A stretch of DNA of 64,000 nucleotides from Scyliorhinus canicula (taxonomy: Eukaryota), in NCBI RefSeq assembly GCF_902713615.1, contig NC_052158.1, forward strand, positions 32,529,990 through 32,593,989, given 5' to 3'. Shown in pieces: positions 1 through 10,265 of this stretch. Made by a program: the position numbers and the translations under genes. Under the pieces are notes generated by a model. It was not told the DNA's origin and did no database searches. It saw only the letters and a list, made by a program, of their open reading frames with translations. How positions within the stretch are numbered: the first letter of the stretch is position 1; every line of letters begins with the position of its first letter.

Positions 1-59
1 ATCCACCTAACCTGCACATATTTGGATCCATGGTTGGGACTTGGACAATGTGGATTACT

Positions 60-836
60 TCCCGTACCTCGGGAGCCTTCTCCTGTTGCGAGCCAACGTT
101 GTCAACGATATCCAGAATTGACTGCAATCGCCAGAGCAGTCTTCGGTCGCCTGAGAAAGAGAGTGTTCGAAGACCGAGACCTCAAATCCAGCTCCAAGCT
201 CATGGTCTACAGAGCAGCCATGGTCACCACCCTCCTGTATGCATCAGGAACATGGAAAATGTACTGCAGACACCTTAAATCATTGGAGAGATATCACCAA
301 CATTACCTCTGCAAAATCCTGCACGTCCACTGACAGGATAGGCGAACCAACGTGAGCATCCTCTCTCAGGCCAATATCCCCAGCATTGAGGCACTGGTCA
401 CACTCGACCAGCTGCGATGGGTGGGCCACATTGCCCACATTCCCAATGCACGACTTTCGAAACAAGTGCTCTATTCCGAGCTCCGCAATGGCAAGCGATC
501 ACTAGGAAGGCAGAGGAAACACAACACGGACACTCAGCTCCTTGAATAAATGCAAATCCCCATCGACACGTGGGAATCGCTTGCCTTAGAACACACAAAC
601 TGGACAAATATCAACCACAAAGTCACCAATCACCTCGAGTGTTATATTGTGGGGCACACGGAGGCCACGTGTAAACAGCGAAAGGAGAGTGCAGAATCTA
701 GAGCGTACCACCCACCAACCTGCCAACCCTGTGTCAGAGTCTGCAGATTCAGGATTGGACTGTTCAGCCACCGCAGGACCCACCTACCTGTGGAGTGGAA
801 GCAAGTCATCCGCGACGCTGAGGGACTGCCAAAGAG
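60..836 (+). mobile_element. RTE-clade LINE, 3' fragment (C-terminal RT region), decayed
   Basis: Overlapping frames give FGRLRKRVFEDRDLK..KLMVYRA..TTLLYAS.TW, then SILSQANIPSIEALVTLDQLRWVGH..RL.KQVLYSEL, then IPIDTWESLA. This is the typical RTE ORF2 C-terminus, broken by stops and frameshifts. Confidence 0.8.
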
Positions 837-837
837 A

Positions 838-1340
838 TTCTCTGATGTCTCTGGGTGGATGTTAGTATTTTGGGGTTAATACCCTGATGTCTCTGTGTGG
901 GTGTTGGTGTTTTGGGATTCATACCCTGTTGTCTCTGTGTGGGTGTTGGTGTTTTGGGATTCATACCCTGATGTCTCTCTGTGTGGGTGTTGATGTTTTG
1001 GGATTCATACCCTGATGCCTCTCTGTGCGGGTGTTGGTGTTTTGGGGTACACCCTGATGTCTCTCTGTCTGGGTGTTGGTGTTTTGGTGTTCATACCATG
1101 ATGTCTCTCTGTGTGGGTGTTGGTGTTTTGGGGGTCATACTCTGATGTCTCTCTGTGGGTGTTGGTGTTTTGGGGGTTATACTCTGATGTCTCTCTGTCT
1201 GGGTGTTGGTGTTTTGGGATTCATACCCTGATGTGTCTGTGTATGTGTGTATTTTTGTCTTGGGGTTCATACCCCGATATATCTCTCATTGTGGGTGTTG
1301 GTCTTTTGGGGTTCAGACCTTGATATCTCTCTCTATTTTT
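838..1340. repeat. Tandem minisatellite, ~39-43 bp unit (GTGTGGGTGTTGGTGTTTTGGGATTCATACCCTGATGTCTCTCT), ~12 copies
   Basis: Directly visible repeated unit that runs up to the alpha1 acceptor. Confidence 0.95.
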
Positions 1341-1343
1341 CAG

Positions 1344-1604
1344 GCTCTCACTCTTTCCGGACTTTCCTCACGGGTATGACTCCAATCCCTGGATTTCCGC
1401 AATTTGTGGCTGTCGGCTACGTGGATGATGTCCAGTTTATTGCGTACGACAGCGATCGGAAGGAGTTGATTGCCCGAGAGAAGTGGATGGTGGACAGTGA
1501 GGGGCCTGAGTTCTGGGAACGGAAGAAGCTTCTTGCACAGGAAGGGGAGGAGAATTTCAAATCTGAAATTCCGATCCTCATGTCTTGGACCAACCAGTCA
1601 GGAG
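1344..1604 (+). CDS. MHC class I alpha1 exon (261 nt, phase 1-1)
   Basis: Boundaries tttttcag|GCTCTCAC and GGAG|gtgagt. Translates GSHSFRTFLTGMTPIPGFPQFVAVGYVDDVQFIAYDSD...EGPEFWER...WTNQSG with the NQS (N86) glycosylation site. Confidence 0.95.
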
Positions 1605-1707
1605 GTGAGTCCTCAATCTCCCAGCACTCGGTTCCAATGGGGAGTACCTCAGAGTGGATCAATCTGGGAGACAGAGGCTGATGGTTGTGGATGGGGCAGT
1701 AAATTAT

Positions 1708-1842
1708 TAGATAAAAGCAAATTACGGCAGATGCTGGAATCTGAAGCCGAAGAGAAAATGCTGCAAAATCTCAGCAGGTCTGGCAGCATCTGTAGGGAGA
1801 GAAAGGAGCTGACGATTCGAGTCCAGATGACCTTTTATCAAA
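1708..1842 (+). repeat. Short interspersed repeat (GCAGATGCTGGAATCTGAA...CAGCAGGTCTGGCAGCATC); inverted relatives at ~6657-6733 and ~41050-41110
   Basis: Three related copies are visible in this window. Confidence 0.6.
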
Positions 1843-2000
1843 TCAGTAACTGGGTTGTAGCTGGTTGTAAATTACATCGGCTGGGTTTGTATTGTGGGCA
1901 GGGCCACCCAGTGAACCTGCTTCTGATTGGCTGCTTGCATTGTAAGTGGGGCCTCTGGTAGGACTGCCTCTGATTGGTGGCTTGTGTTTCTGATCTACAG

Positions 2001-2206
2001 CCAGAGGGGGTGGGATGGAGAGGATTTCATCAACTTCGACGAGAGTAACAACATGTGGGTGACTCCTGTCCCCTGGGGAGAGGGCATCAAAAACAGGTGG
2101 AACCAGGACACTGCCGGCAAACAGCGATGGAAATATCACGTTCAGGGGGAGTGTATGGAGTGGCTGAAGAAATACCTGGAGTATGGACAGAGAGAACTGA
2201 GAGTCG
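2001..2206 (+). pseudogene. MHC class I alpha2 exon lacking approximately residues 91-114
   Basis: Translates QRGWDGEDFINFDESNNMWVTPVPWGEGIKNRWNQD...GECMEWLKKYLEYGQRELRV with donor GTCG|gtgagt. The nearest acceptor (tacag at 2000) is phase 2, and the GxHxxQxMYGCEL segment is absent. Confidence 0.9.
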
Positions 2207-4792
2207 GTGAGTGAGAGAGGAACTGAGAGTCGGTGAGTGAGGGGGGGGGGGGGACTGAGACTCTGTGAGTGAGGGGGGGGGACTGAGAGTCGGTGAGTGA
2301 GGGGGGGGACTGAGAGTCGGTGAGTGAGGCGGGGGACTGAGAGTCGGTGAGTGAGGGGGGGAACTGAGAGTCGATGAGTGAGGGGGAACTGAGAGTCGGT
2401 GAGTGAGGCGGGACAGAGTCGGTGAGTGAGGGAGGGACTCCCAGTCAGTGAGTGAGGGACTCCCAGTCAGTGAGTGAGGGGGGGGGACTGAGAGTCGGTG
2501 AGTGAGGAGGGGGACTGAGAGTCGGTGAGTGAGGGGGGGAACTGAGTCGGTGAGTGAGGGGGGGACTGAGAGTCGGTGAGTGAGGGGGGGACTGAGAGCC
2601 GGTGAGTGAGGGGAGGGACTGAGAGTCGGTGAGTGAGGGGGGTACTGAGAGTCGGTGAGTGAGGGGGGGACTGAGAGTCAGTGAGTGAGGGGGGGAATGA
2701 GAGTTGGTGAGTGAGGGGGGGACTGAGAGTCGGTCAGTGAGGGGGGGGACTGAGAGTCGGTGAATGAGGAGGGACTGAGTCGGTGAGTGAGGGGGGACTG
2801 AGAGTCGGTGAGTTAGGGGGGGGACTGAGAGTCGGTGAGTGAGGGGGGGGACACTGAGAGTCGGTGAGTGAGGGGGGGAGTGAGAGTCGGTGAGGGGGGA
2901 GTAAGAGTCGGTGAGTGAGGGGGGACTGAGAGTCGGTGAGTGAGGGGGGACAGAGAGTCGGTGAGTGAGGGGGGACAGAGAGTCGGTGAGTGAGGGGGGG
3001 AGTGAGAGTCGGTGAGTGAGGGGGGGACTGAGTGTCGGTGAGTGAGGGGGGGACTGAGAGTCAGTGAGAGGGGGGGGACTGAGAGTCGGTGATTGAGGAG
3101 GGGACTGAGAGTCGGTGAGTGAGGGGGGACTGAGAGTCAGTGAGAGGGGGGGGACTGAGAGTCGGTGATTGAGGAGGGGACTGAGAGTCGGTGAGTGAGG
3201 GGGGACTGAGAGTCGGTGAGTGAGGGAGGGACTGAGAGTCGGTGAGTGAGGGGGGGACAGTCGGTGACCGAGGGGGGGACTGAGTGTCGGTGAGTGGGGG
3301 GGGGTGAGAGTCGGTGAGTGAGGGGGGGGACTGAGATGCGGTGATTGAGGGGGGGGACTGAGAGTCGGTGAGTGAGGGGGGCCTGAGAGTCGGTGAGTGA
3401 GGTGGGGACGGGCTGCACGGTGGCCTAGTGGTTAGCACAGCTGCCTCACGGCGCTGAGGTCCCAGGTTCGATCCCGGCTCTGGGTCACTGTCCGTGTGGA
3501 GTTTGCACATTCTCCCCGTGTCTGTGTGGGTTTCGCCCCCACAACCCAAAAATGTGCAGAGTAGGTGGATTGGCCACACGAAAATTGTCCCTTAATTGGA
3601 AAAAATAATTGGATAAACTAAATTTATGAAAAAAAAAACAAAAAAAAAAAGTGAGGTGAGTGAGGGGGGACTGAGCGACGGTGAGTTGGGGAGGAACTGA
3701 GAGTCGGTGAGTGGGGGGGAGACAGAGTCGGTGAGGAGGGGGAGTGAGAATCGGTGAGTGAGGGGGGACTGAGAGTCGGTGAGTGAGGGGGGGACTGAAA
3801 GTCGGTGAGTGAGGGGGGGACTGAGAGTCGGTGAGTGAGGGGGGGGGACTGAGAGTCGGTGAGTGAGGGGGGGGACTGAGAGTCGGTGAATGAGGGGGGA
3901 CTGAAAGTCGGTGAGTGAGGGGGGGACTGAGAGTCGGTGAGTGAGGGGGGAGCAAGAGTCGGTGAATGAGGGGGGGACTGAAAGTCGGTGAGTGAGGGGG
4001 GACTGAGAGTCGGTGAGTGAGGGGGGACTGAGAGTCGGTGAGTGAGGGGGGGACTGAGAGTCGGTGAGTGAGGGGGGACTGAGAGTCGGTGAGTGAGGGG
4101 GGACTGAGAGTCGGTGAGTGAGGGGGGACTGAGAGTCGGTGAGTGAGGGGGGGAATGAGAGTCGGTGAATGAGGGGGGGGGGGACTGAGAGTCAGTGAAT
4201 GAGGGGGGGGGACTGAGAGTCGGAGTGAGGGGGGGGGACTGAGAGTCGGTGAGTGAGGGGGGGACTGAGAGTCGGTGAGTGAGGGGGGGACTGAGAGTCG
4301 GTGAGTGAGGGGGGGACTGAGAGTCGGTGAGTTTGGGGGGGGAATGAGAGTCGGTGACTGAAGGGGGGACTGAGAGTCGGTGAGTGAGGGGGGAGTAAGA
4401 ATCGGTGATTGAGGGGGGACTAAGTCGGTGAGTGAGGGAGGGACTGAGAGTCGGTGAGTGAGGGGGGACTGAGAGTCGGTGAGTGAGGGAGGGACTGAGA
4501 GTCGGAGTGAGGGGGGACTGAGAGTCGGTGAATGAGGAGGGACTGAGAGATGGTGAGTGAGGGGGGGACTGAGAGTCGGTGAGTGAGGGGGGACTGAGAG
4601 TCGGTGAGTGAGGGGGGTACTGAGAGTCGGTGAGTGAGGGGGGGGACTGAGAGTCGGTGAGTGAGGGGGGGACTGAGAGTCGGTGAGTGAGGGGGGAGAC
4701 TGAGAGTTGGTGAGGGGGTGGACTGAGAGTCGGTGAGTGAGGGGGGACTGGGAGTCGGTGAGTGAGGGTGGACACTGAGAGTCGGTGAAGGA
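2195..4792. repeat. G-rich minisatellite, ~27-30 bp unit (GGGACTGAGAGTCGGTGAGTGAGGGG), about 80 copies by length
   Basis: Directly visible; fills almost the whole alpha2-alpha3 intron. Confidence 0.97.
3410..3650 (+). mobile_element. tRNA-derived SINE (HE1-related) with A-rich tail, inserted in the minisatellite
   Basis: GGGCTGCACGGTGGCCTAGTGGTTAG (A box) ... GGTTCGATCCC (B box), conserved SINE body and poly(A) tail. Confidence 0.9.
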
Positions 4793-4855
4793 GGTGATGT
4801 CTTTAATTCTCTATCTCAGGTTTCCTGTACTGATTCCTCTTTCTTTCTCTCTCAG

Positions 4856-5120
4856 TTGCCCCCATCGTGTCCTTTACCCCGTCTGGGTGATTCTAACCGG
4901 CTGCCCTGTGTCGTCACCGCGTTTTACCCTCAAGCCATCGAGGTGAATCTGTGGAGAGATGGAGTGGTGATTGATGAGACCCTGTCCAGTGGGATCTTAC
5001 CCAATCACGACAGGACCTTCCAGATCCGGAAATGGGTGGAGTTTGATCCGGAGGACCAGGCTGAGTATTCCTGTCGGGTGGAACACAGCGGACTGAATGA
5101 GACACTGGTGGTGATTTATG
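4856..5120 (+). pseudogene. MHC class I alpha3 (C1-Ig) exon with +1 frameshift
   Basis: Boundaries ctctcag|TTGCC and TATG|gtaaga. The length is 265 nt, one more than a symmetric phase-1 exon. VAPIVSFT is joined to RLGDSNRLPCVVTAFYP...W...YSCRVEHSGL by an extra C in CCCC at 4877-4880, and the spliced frame stops at 4888-4890. Confidence 0.93.
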
Positions 5121-5349
5121 GTAAGACTATGTCTCACTCTTGGAGAGACAGCCTCAGATTAGGATCATAGGAGGGATGATCAGTACTGAGTGTCACTCCA
5201 GGATGGGCTGAGGCCCAGGATGCAGAGGGATTGAAGGACATAATTTGTAAAAATGTGTCACAGTCCAGATGACAGCAATAACAGCGGACATAAATTGTAT
5301 GTCTTGGAATTTTCGGCAATGTAGGCCAGTGTAAGTACTCTGGAATGCA

Positions 5350-6060
5350 GATTATCAGACCCTGGGCAGTTAGCAGCCTTCAATCCCATCAATTTCCACA
5401 TTACCATTTCCCCTACGAATGCTGATTTCCTTCAGTTCCTCCTTCACTATACCCTTTGTTCCCCAACTTTTCTGGTAAATTACTTGTGTCCTTCTTTATG
5501 ATGGCTGAACCCAAATATGTATGTCGTTGGTCAGCCATTTATTTGTTCTCCATTATAAATTGTTCTGTTTTTGACTCTGTGAACCTACATTTGCCTTCAC
5601 CAATTTTATTTTCTTTGCATAACAGATTTATGATCCCCATAAGCTTACTCTTAGTTCCCTAGTTGGTTCTTCAATGTATTGGTCCAGAAGACTATCCTGT
5701 AGGTATCCCTCCTCTATAGTATTGTTACTAATTGGATTTGCCCAAACATTATGTAGATTAAAGTCAACTATAATTATCAATGTTAATTTATCACATGCTT
5801 CACTAAATTTCTGTTTAATGCCATTCCCAACATCACCACTTCAATTTGGGGATCTATATACAACCTCCAGAAATGTTTTTTCCCCTTGGTGTTTCTCAGC
5901 TCTACCCATACAGATTCCACATTGTTGGAGCTAATACCCTTCCTCACTATTGCTTTAATTTCCTCTTTGGTCGGTTGGAGTGTCTCTTTCAGTTCCTCTC
6001 GTGTTATGAGTCTGTTGTTTGTGTAGAAGTCACTAACTGTCAGTGGCCCCCTGTCCTGTC
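5350..6060 (-). mobile_element. CR1 LINE fragments (endonuclease region)
   Basis: Minus-strand NVESVWVELRNTKGK, a CR1 endonuclease motif, decayed. Confidence 0.7.
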
Positions 6061-6329
6061 TACCTTTTGAAGATGACATCCATTTTTGCTGCCATGAATG
6101 ATTGATGCAGATGGGGGCCATGATGGACTTCTCAGTCAGACCGAAGTGTTGTCTTAGCTAACCGGAGGCGTGGCCATTACCACTGGGATGGTAGAGTGCT
6201 TGGCCAGTGGCGATGGGAACTCAGCCATGGCTGGAGGGACTTACCTCTGCAGGAATCCTCTTTCAGTTTTACCCATTTGGCTTCTGGTTCCTTTATCTGT
6301 CCCTTTACTCTTTCCGCTGGTGCTGCCCA

Positions 6330-6655
6330 GTGTAATATTGCAGATTTGGGAGAGCCATGCGTCCATGTTTCTCGTTCTTTGCAGGACTTTTATGGAGATC
6401 CCTGGGTTCTTCCCCACCCCGACTCAAACGCCACAATAAATGTTTCGGATAAAGAAGACCTTGGGATATAGATCGGTATGGATCTGAATAGCAAGGGGAA
6501 CCTGGACAGTATGTTCATCTTGATCGTCTGCACCCAGGCAGAGTCAGAGTGTGTCCCACCTCAGCAGGTCCTTTTTAACTTCCTCCACCCAGCTGGCCAG
6601 ATTCCATTTGTGGATCTGTGTCCAGTCGTGGGCTATTTGTATTGCCAGGTATAAC
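6330..6655 (-). mobile_element. L1-clade LINE RT fragment
   Basis: Minus strand reads YLAIQIAHDWTQIHKWNL...VEEVKKDL.RWD and TIKMNILSRFPLLFRSIPIYIP, typical of fish L1 ORF2. Confidence 0.65.
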
Positions 6656-6737
6656 AATGCTGCCAGACTTGCTGAGATTTTCCAGCATTTTCCCTTTAGT
6701 TTCAGATTCCAGCATCCGCAGTAATTTGCTTTTCAAC

Positions 6738-7150
6738 AACAACCTTTATTGGGTCACAAGTAGGCTTACATTAACACTGCAATTAAGTTAGTGTGAAAAT
6801 CCCCTAGCCTCCTCAATCTGGTGCCTGTTCGGGTCACAGAGGGATAATTCAGAATGTCCAAATCACCTAACAAGCAGGGGCTGGTTTCTCCACCCCGCCA
6901 TGGCACCTTTCTGCCTCAACCCGCCGGTGGTATTCCCCGTCACGCCGTTCAATGGGGTTTCTCATTGGGGGCAGCCCCACGTCGTCAGGAAACCCCCGGG
7001 CCCCGGCAAAACGGAGAATCTCACAAAACCCATGCCGACACAGGGAAATTTGCAGACTTGGCACAGACAGTGACCCAAGCCAGTAATTAAACCTGGGTCC
7101 CTGGAGCTGTTAAGCAGCAGTGCTAACCATTGTCCTACCATGTCACCCTG
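6738..7150 (-). mobile_element. tRNA-derived SINE interrupted by a short MITE (~6878-7024)
   Basis: Reverse complement of the SINE at 28937-29240; the insert ends in GGAGAATC like the other MITEs here. Confidence 0.7.
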
Positions 7151-8930
7151 GTTGCCTGCACCATTGTGTCGACACCCTCGAAGATGCTCCTCAGTGACTT
7201 GGACACATTCCCCAGTGACTGGGCCATGCTCTGCAGTGCCTCGGGAATGCCCACCAGCGACTGAGGCAAGCTCTTCAGGGGATCAGCCATTCCCACCTGA
7301 GAGCGGGATATGTCCCGCACAACCTCATCAAGGTAAGCCTGGTATTGGGGAACATCCTTCAGCGAGGCAGACATACTGTCACGACCTCAGCCGTGGGCGT
7401 CACCGACTGCGCGATGCCTTGGACACCTTCACTAATGGTGCCGACGTCATGCACCAGGCTCTCCACTGCGGTCGCCACCCTAGCAGTGTTGGCCTCAGTG
7501 CCACTCATTGCCACTGACATCCCCTGCGCCCGTAGCCTCTGGGACTCCTCTAATCAGCTATGGATCTGCTGGAGTGATGCTGACATCTCCCTCTGAATGT
7601 CCCGGCCATTCCCTAACGTCTCCATAAGCTCTGGGTAACCCTGTTCCTGAGCCTCTGGAACAGGGTTACCCAGAGACCCAACTGGGTCTCGGGATCCAGC
7701 AGCCCTCCGACTGCTGTCTTGCCTGGGGGGGGGGGGGGGGGTATAATGCCTCCACCAGATGTGCATGATCAGAAGTGTGGTGCTCACCAGATTGTGCCCC
7801 AGAAGCCTGACCACTAAATTTTCCCACCGAGGGTGTGTATCTGTGCTAGTGGAGGGTAAGGATGACAGCTGCAGCTGTGCCACGACTATAATGGTTGCAT
7901 CCTCGGAGCTCTCCTCCGAGGTGTTCTCCTCAGGGTCAGGAGAGGGGGCCGCCGTGGAATAGGCCGGCTGGAGGACCTGCGGGGGGGAACGGGCATATGG
8001 TCAGTGGGAGGGATGGGTCAGTCAGTAAGGCATTGACACCTCACGTTTGACAGGACCCCCGGGTGGAGCCCAGTGGTTCCTCACATTTGCGGCTGCCGCC
8101 AGCCTCCGCATGGGTGACTGCCCTGTCCTCGGCCAACCCCAGTCTGGGCCTTCTCCTGCCGATTATGGGAGAGCTTTTCCTGACAAGACACAGTGAGGGC
8201 ATCGTTAGCCAGGTGTGTGGTTCACGGTTGTGGGGCGGGATGGTGGTGAAGGGTGTTGGGTGGAGGAGGATTGAAATAGTGGGTGGAGGGAGGGCTGTAG
8301 TGGGAGGGGAATGGAGGGTTGGGGGTCACCTGGGGGGAGCCTCCCTAGAGGTGTGTGGGGGGGGGGGTTGGTGGAATGTTGCGTCTAGTCACCCATGCTG
8401 CTCGGTGCAGGTCATTGGCCTTGTTCCCGCACTGGAGGCCAGTCCTCCTGGTCAAACTCCCCGAGCTGACAGCTGCCACCACGTCATCCCAGGCAGCATT
8501 GGCTGCCTTGTGGCTCATCGCTCGGGACCCTCGGGGGAACAGTTCATCCCTCCTCAACTCCACCATGTCCAGGTGACTCCACAGGTCAGCATCCCCGAAT
8601 TATGGGATGGTCTCCTGGGCTCCATTGTTGCGATGTGGCTGGGGTTGGCTGAGCAAGAGCAGCTTCTCTCTCTCTAACAGAGCCATTCTCCCCCTTCCCC
8701 CTCGCATTCGCCCCCTTCCCCCTCGCATTCGCCCCCATCCCCCTCACATTCGCTCCCATCCCCCTCGCATTCGCCCCTTCCCCCTCACATTCGCCCCCAT
8801 CCCCCTCATATTCGCTCCCACCCCCCTCGCATTCACCCCATCCCCCTCGCATTCGCCCCCTTCCCCTCGCATTCGCCCCCATCCCCCTCGCATTCGCCCC
8901 CTTCCCCTCGCATTCACCCCATCCCCCTCG
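7151..8930 (-). mobile_element. Harbinger-type transposon remnant with Myb/SANT-like DNA-binding gene; ends in a ~14-15 bp CCCCTCGCATTCGCC repeat at the gap
   Basis: ORF 8345-8566 reads VELRRDELFP...AAWDDVVAAVSSGSLTRRTGLQC..K.NDL (Myb/SANT-like domain), and downstream coiled-coil-like ORF 7135-7374 follows it. Confidence 0.7.
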
Positions 8931-9430
8931 NNNNNNNNNNNNNNNNNNNNNNNNNNNNNNNNNNNNNNNNNNNNNNNNNNNNNNNNNNNNNNNNNNNNNN
9001 NNNNNNNNNNNNNNNNNNNNNNNNNNNNNNNNNNNNNNNNNNNNNNNNNNNNNNNNNNNNNNNNNNNNNNNNNNNNNNNNNNNNNNNNNNNNNNNNNNNN
9101 NNNNNNNNNNNNNNNNNNNNNNNNNNNNNNNNNNNNNNNNNNNNNNNNNNNNNNNNNNNNNNNNNNNNNNNNNNNNNNNNNNNNNNNNNNNNNNNNNNNN
9201 NNNNNNNNNNNNNNNNNNNNNNNNNNNNNNNNNNNNNNNNNNNNNNNNNNNNNNNNNNNNNNNNNNNNNNNNNNNNNNNNNNNNNNNNNNNNNNNNNNNN
9301 NNNNNNNNNNNNNNNNNNNNNNNNNNNNNNNNNNNNNNNNNNNNNNNNNNNNNNNNNNNNNNNNNNNNNNNNNNNNNNNNNNNNNNNNNNNNNNNNNNNN
9401 NNNNNNNNNNNNNNNNNNNNNNNNNNNNNN
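8931..9430. other. Assembly gap (500 N)
   Basis: Run of N. Confidence 1.
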
Positions 9431-9539
9431 CTGTTAGAGGGGCTCAGTGTGAGGGGGGGCATGGCCCTTTCACTCAGGGTTCCAGCCTCTGATTTTATGT
9501 CAGTCTCTCGTCACTCACTGAACATTCCTTATTTTACAG

Positions 9540-9572
9540 GGAGAGGGAACAGCGGCTACAATCCTACAAAGC
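9540..9572 (+). CDS. MHC class I cytoplasmic exon 1 (33 nt, phase 1-1): (x)RGNSGYNPTK
   Basis: ttttacag|GGAGAGGG...AAAGC|gtaagc. The GYNP motif resembles shark class I tails. Confidence 0.8.
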
Positions 9573-9639
9573 GTAAGCTGATGATCAAACATCCTCTGGA
9601 TCTGTGTGTAACTGTGTGAATCATTGTCCATTCTGCATT

Positions 9640-10180
9640 TTGTCCACTCATGCTCTGTCTTTGTGTGCCTTTGTCTGTGCATGTGTGTCTATCTATGTGT
9701 CTGTATCTCTGTGTGCGTGTGTATCAATCTATGTGCACATCTGTGTGTGTCTGTCTGTGTGACTGTGTGTGTGTCTGTGTGTGTGTATCTGTGATTATCT
9801 GTGTGTATGTGTCTCTGTGCGTGACTGTCTGTGTGTGGCTGTCTCTGTGTTTGTGTCTGTGTGTCTGTGTCTGGTCTGTGTCTGTCTGTGTCTGTCTGTG
9901 TGTCTATGTCTGTGTACGTGTGTCTGTCTGTATGTGTGTCCATGTCTGTGTGTGTGTGTGGGTGTGTGTCTATGACTGTGTGTGTGCCTGTGTTTGTGCG
10001 TGTTTATATCTGTGTGTTTCTGTCTCTGTGTGTCTTTGCCTGCAAGCCTCGTGTGTGCGAGAACCTCCTTTCTCTGTGTCTGTCTCTCTCTCTGTCGCTC
10101 TTGTCTCTCTCATTCTTTCTCTCCATCTCTTTTTCTCTGCCTTTGTATCTCGTGCACTGGTTCTGCCTCTCTCTGTGACA
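9640..10180. repeat. (GT)n/(CT)n-rich degenerate microsatellite
   Basis: Directly visible. Confidence 0.95.
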
Positions 10181-10217
10181 ATGAACAGTTTTTTAATGCT
10201 TGTCCTTCCTTTAACAG

Positions 10218-10265
10218 CTTCTGATAAAGGGGAATCCTCTTCCAGGTCCTCTACAAACTCCTGAG
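10218..10265 (+). CDS. MHC class I cytoplasmic exon 2: PSDKGESSSRSSTNS*
   Basis: ttaacag|CTTCTGAT...TCCTGAG|gtatga, with the stop at 10262-10264. The SDK.ESSS serine-rich tail is typical of class I. Confidence 0.85.

Larger units (their letters stand above)
1344..10264 (+). pseudogene. MHC class I heavy chain, non-classical type; probable pseudogene as assembled
   Basis: Ordered alpha1, partial alpha2, alpha3 and two cytoplasmic exons with GT-AG boundaries. The alpha2 5' third is missing, alpha3 is frameshifted, and no leader or TM exon is visible. Confidence 0.85.

Noticed and set aside
1861-1941. Possible mini-exon for the missing alpha2 start (ttgtag|...AGCKL...|gtaagt)
   Set aside because: AGCKL only loosely resembles YGCEL, the rest is not class I-like, and its phase-1 end cannot join the phase-2 acceptor at 2001.
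3410-3480. tRNA genes at A/B-box motifs (also 28937, 55128, 61340-61415)
   Set aside because: These are SINE heads followed by SINE bodies and tails, not cloverleaf tRNAs.
3061-4775. Long Pro/Ser/Thr-rich minus-strand ORFs (up to 383 aa)
   Set aside because: Translations of the stop-poor strand of the intronic minisatellite; no domain content.
8607-9462. ORFs spanning the N run
   Set aside because: Artefacts of the assembly gap.
9650-10224. Cys/Val-rich ORFs
   Set aside because: Translations of a (GT)n microsatellite; only 10218-10264 is a real exon.
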